Shown: positions 63,601-64,000 of the stretch, one piece after another | Layout of the letters: every line of letters begins with the position of its first letter | Position numbering within the stretch: the first letter of the stretch is position 1 | From: Takakia lepidozioides | Lineage: Eukaryota > Plantae > Bryophyta | NCBI GenBank assembly: GCA_030704615.1 | Contig: CM060734.1 | Location: 23,932,001 to 23,996,000, forward strand | Direction: 5' to 3' | DNA length: 64,000 bases | Program-made: the position numbers and the translations under genes | Notes under the pieces: generated by a model | What the model saw: the letters and a program-made list of their open reading frames with translations, nothing else | What the model was told of the DNA's origin: nothing | The model's database searches: none

Positions 63601-63699
63601 AAACGAAATAGAAAAGTGGTCCGTCGTGGTGAGGCAGGTCCCAAAAACCAGTGCAAAATGGAGTCAGCAAGAACCCTACATCCATTTATCTTTCGGGTG

Positions 63700-63975
63700 A
63701 ATTTTTTTGGGGTTGTTGGTTTTTTCCATGAATTGTCATGTGGCAACACGTACTGGGAATTAAGATGTCGTTGACGACACCTTAATCCCCACCACCTGCA
63801 CACACACCGCCTTACTGCCAAGGCTTCTTCGCCTTGAATTTTTTTTGGGTTGAATTTTTTTCGGGAGAATTTTTTTGGGGATTTTGGTTTTTCCATGAGT
63901 TGTCATGTGCCAACTCGTACTGGGAATTAAGATGTCGTTGACGACACCTTAATCCCGAGCACCTGCACACACACC
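63700..63975. repeat. Two ~167-bp-period direct repeats, each with a 35-bp hairpin
   Basis: GGGAATTAAGATGTCGTTGACGACACCTTAATCCC at 63755 and 63922; diverged third copy at ~63223. Confidence 0.85.
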
Positions 63976-64000
63976 ATGGTTCATTCACGTCGCTCATTTT

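Overview
Eukaryotic plant DNA, most likely a non-seed land plant such as a bryophyte (inferred from the DUF740-like gene and plant-type exportin-7). The first ~16 kb holds host genes: a DUF740/OCTOPUS-like gene, a damaged RPL38 and an almost intronless exportin-7. The rest is a nest of decayed transposons: Copia, LINEs, a non-autonomous Gypsy inserted in a long hairpin, CACTA and MULE. The most notable region is 39.9-53.5 kb, where three adjacent units each appear to carry a different nucleic-acid methyltransferase. (1) A Ty3/Gypsy element has a C5-cytosine methyltransferase between gag and RT, a PHD finger after integrase, a likely self-priming site instead of a tRNA PBS, a phased CTAG array in its LTR and an LTR-LTR junction. 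(2) A LINE has a chromodomain and a PCIF1/CAPAM-like adenine-methyltransferase domain downstream of RT; the ORF track misses both. (3) A CACTA-adjacent gene has a beta-class N4C/N6A methyltransferase-like motif. All domain calls come from motif recognition by eye, not database searches.
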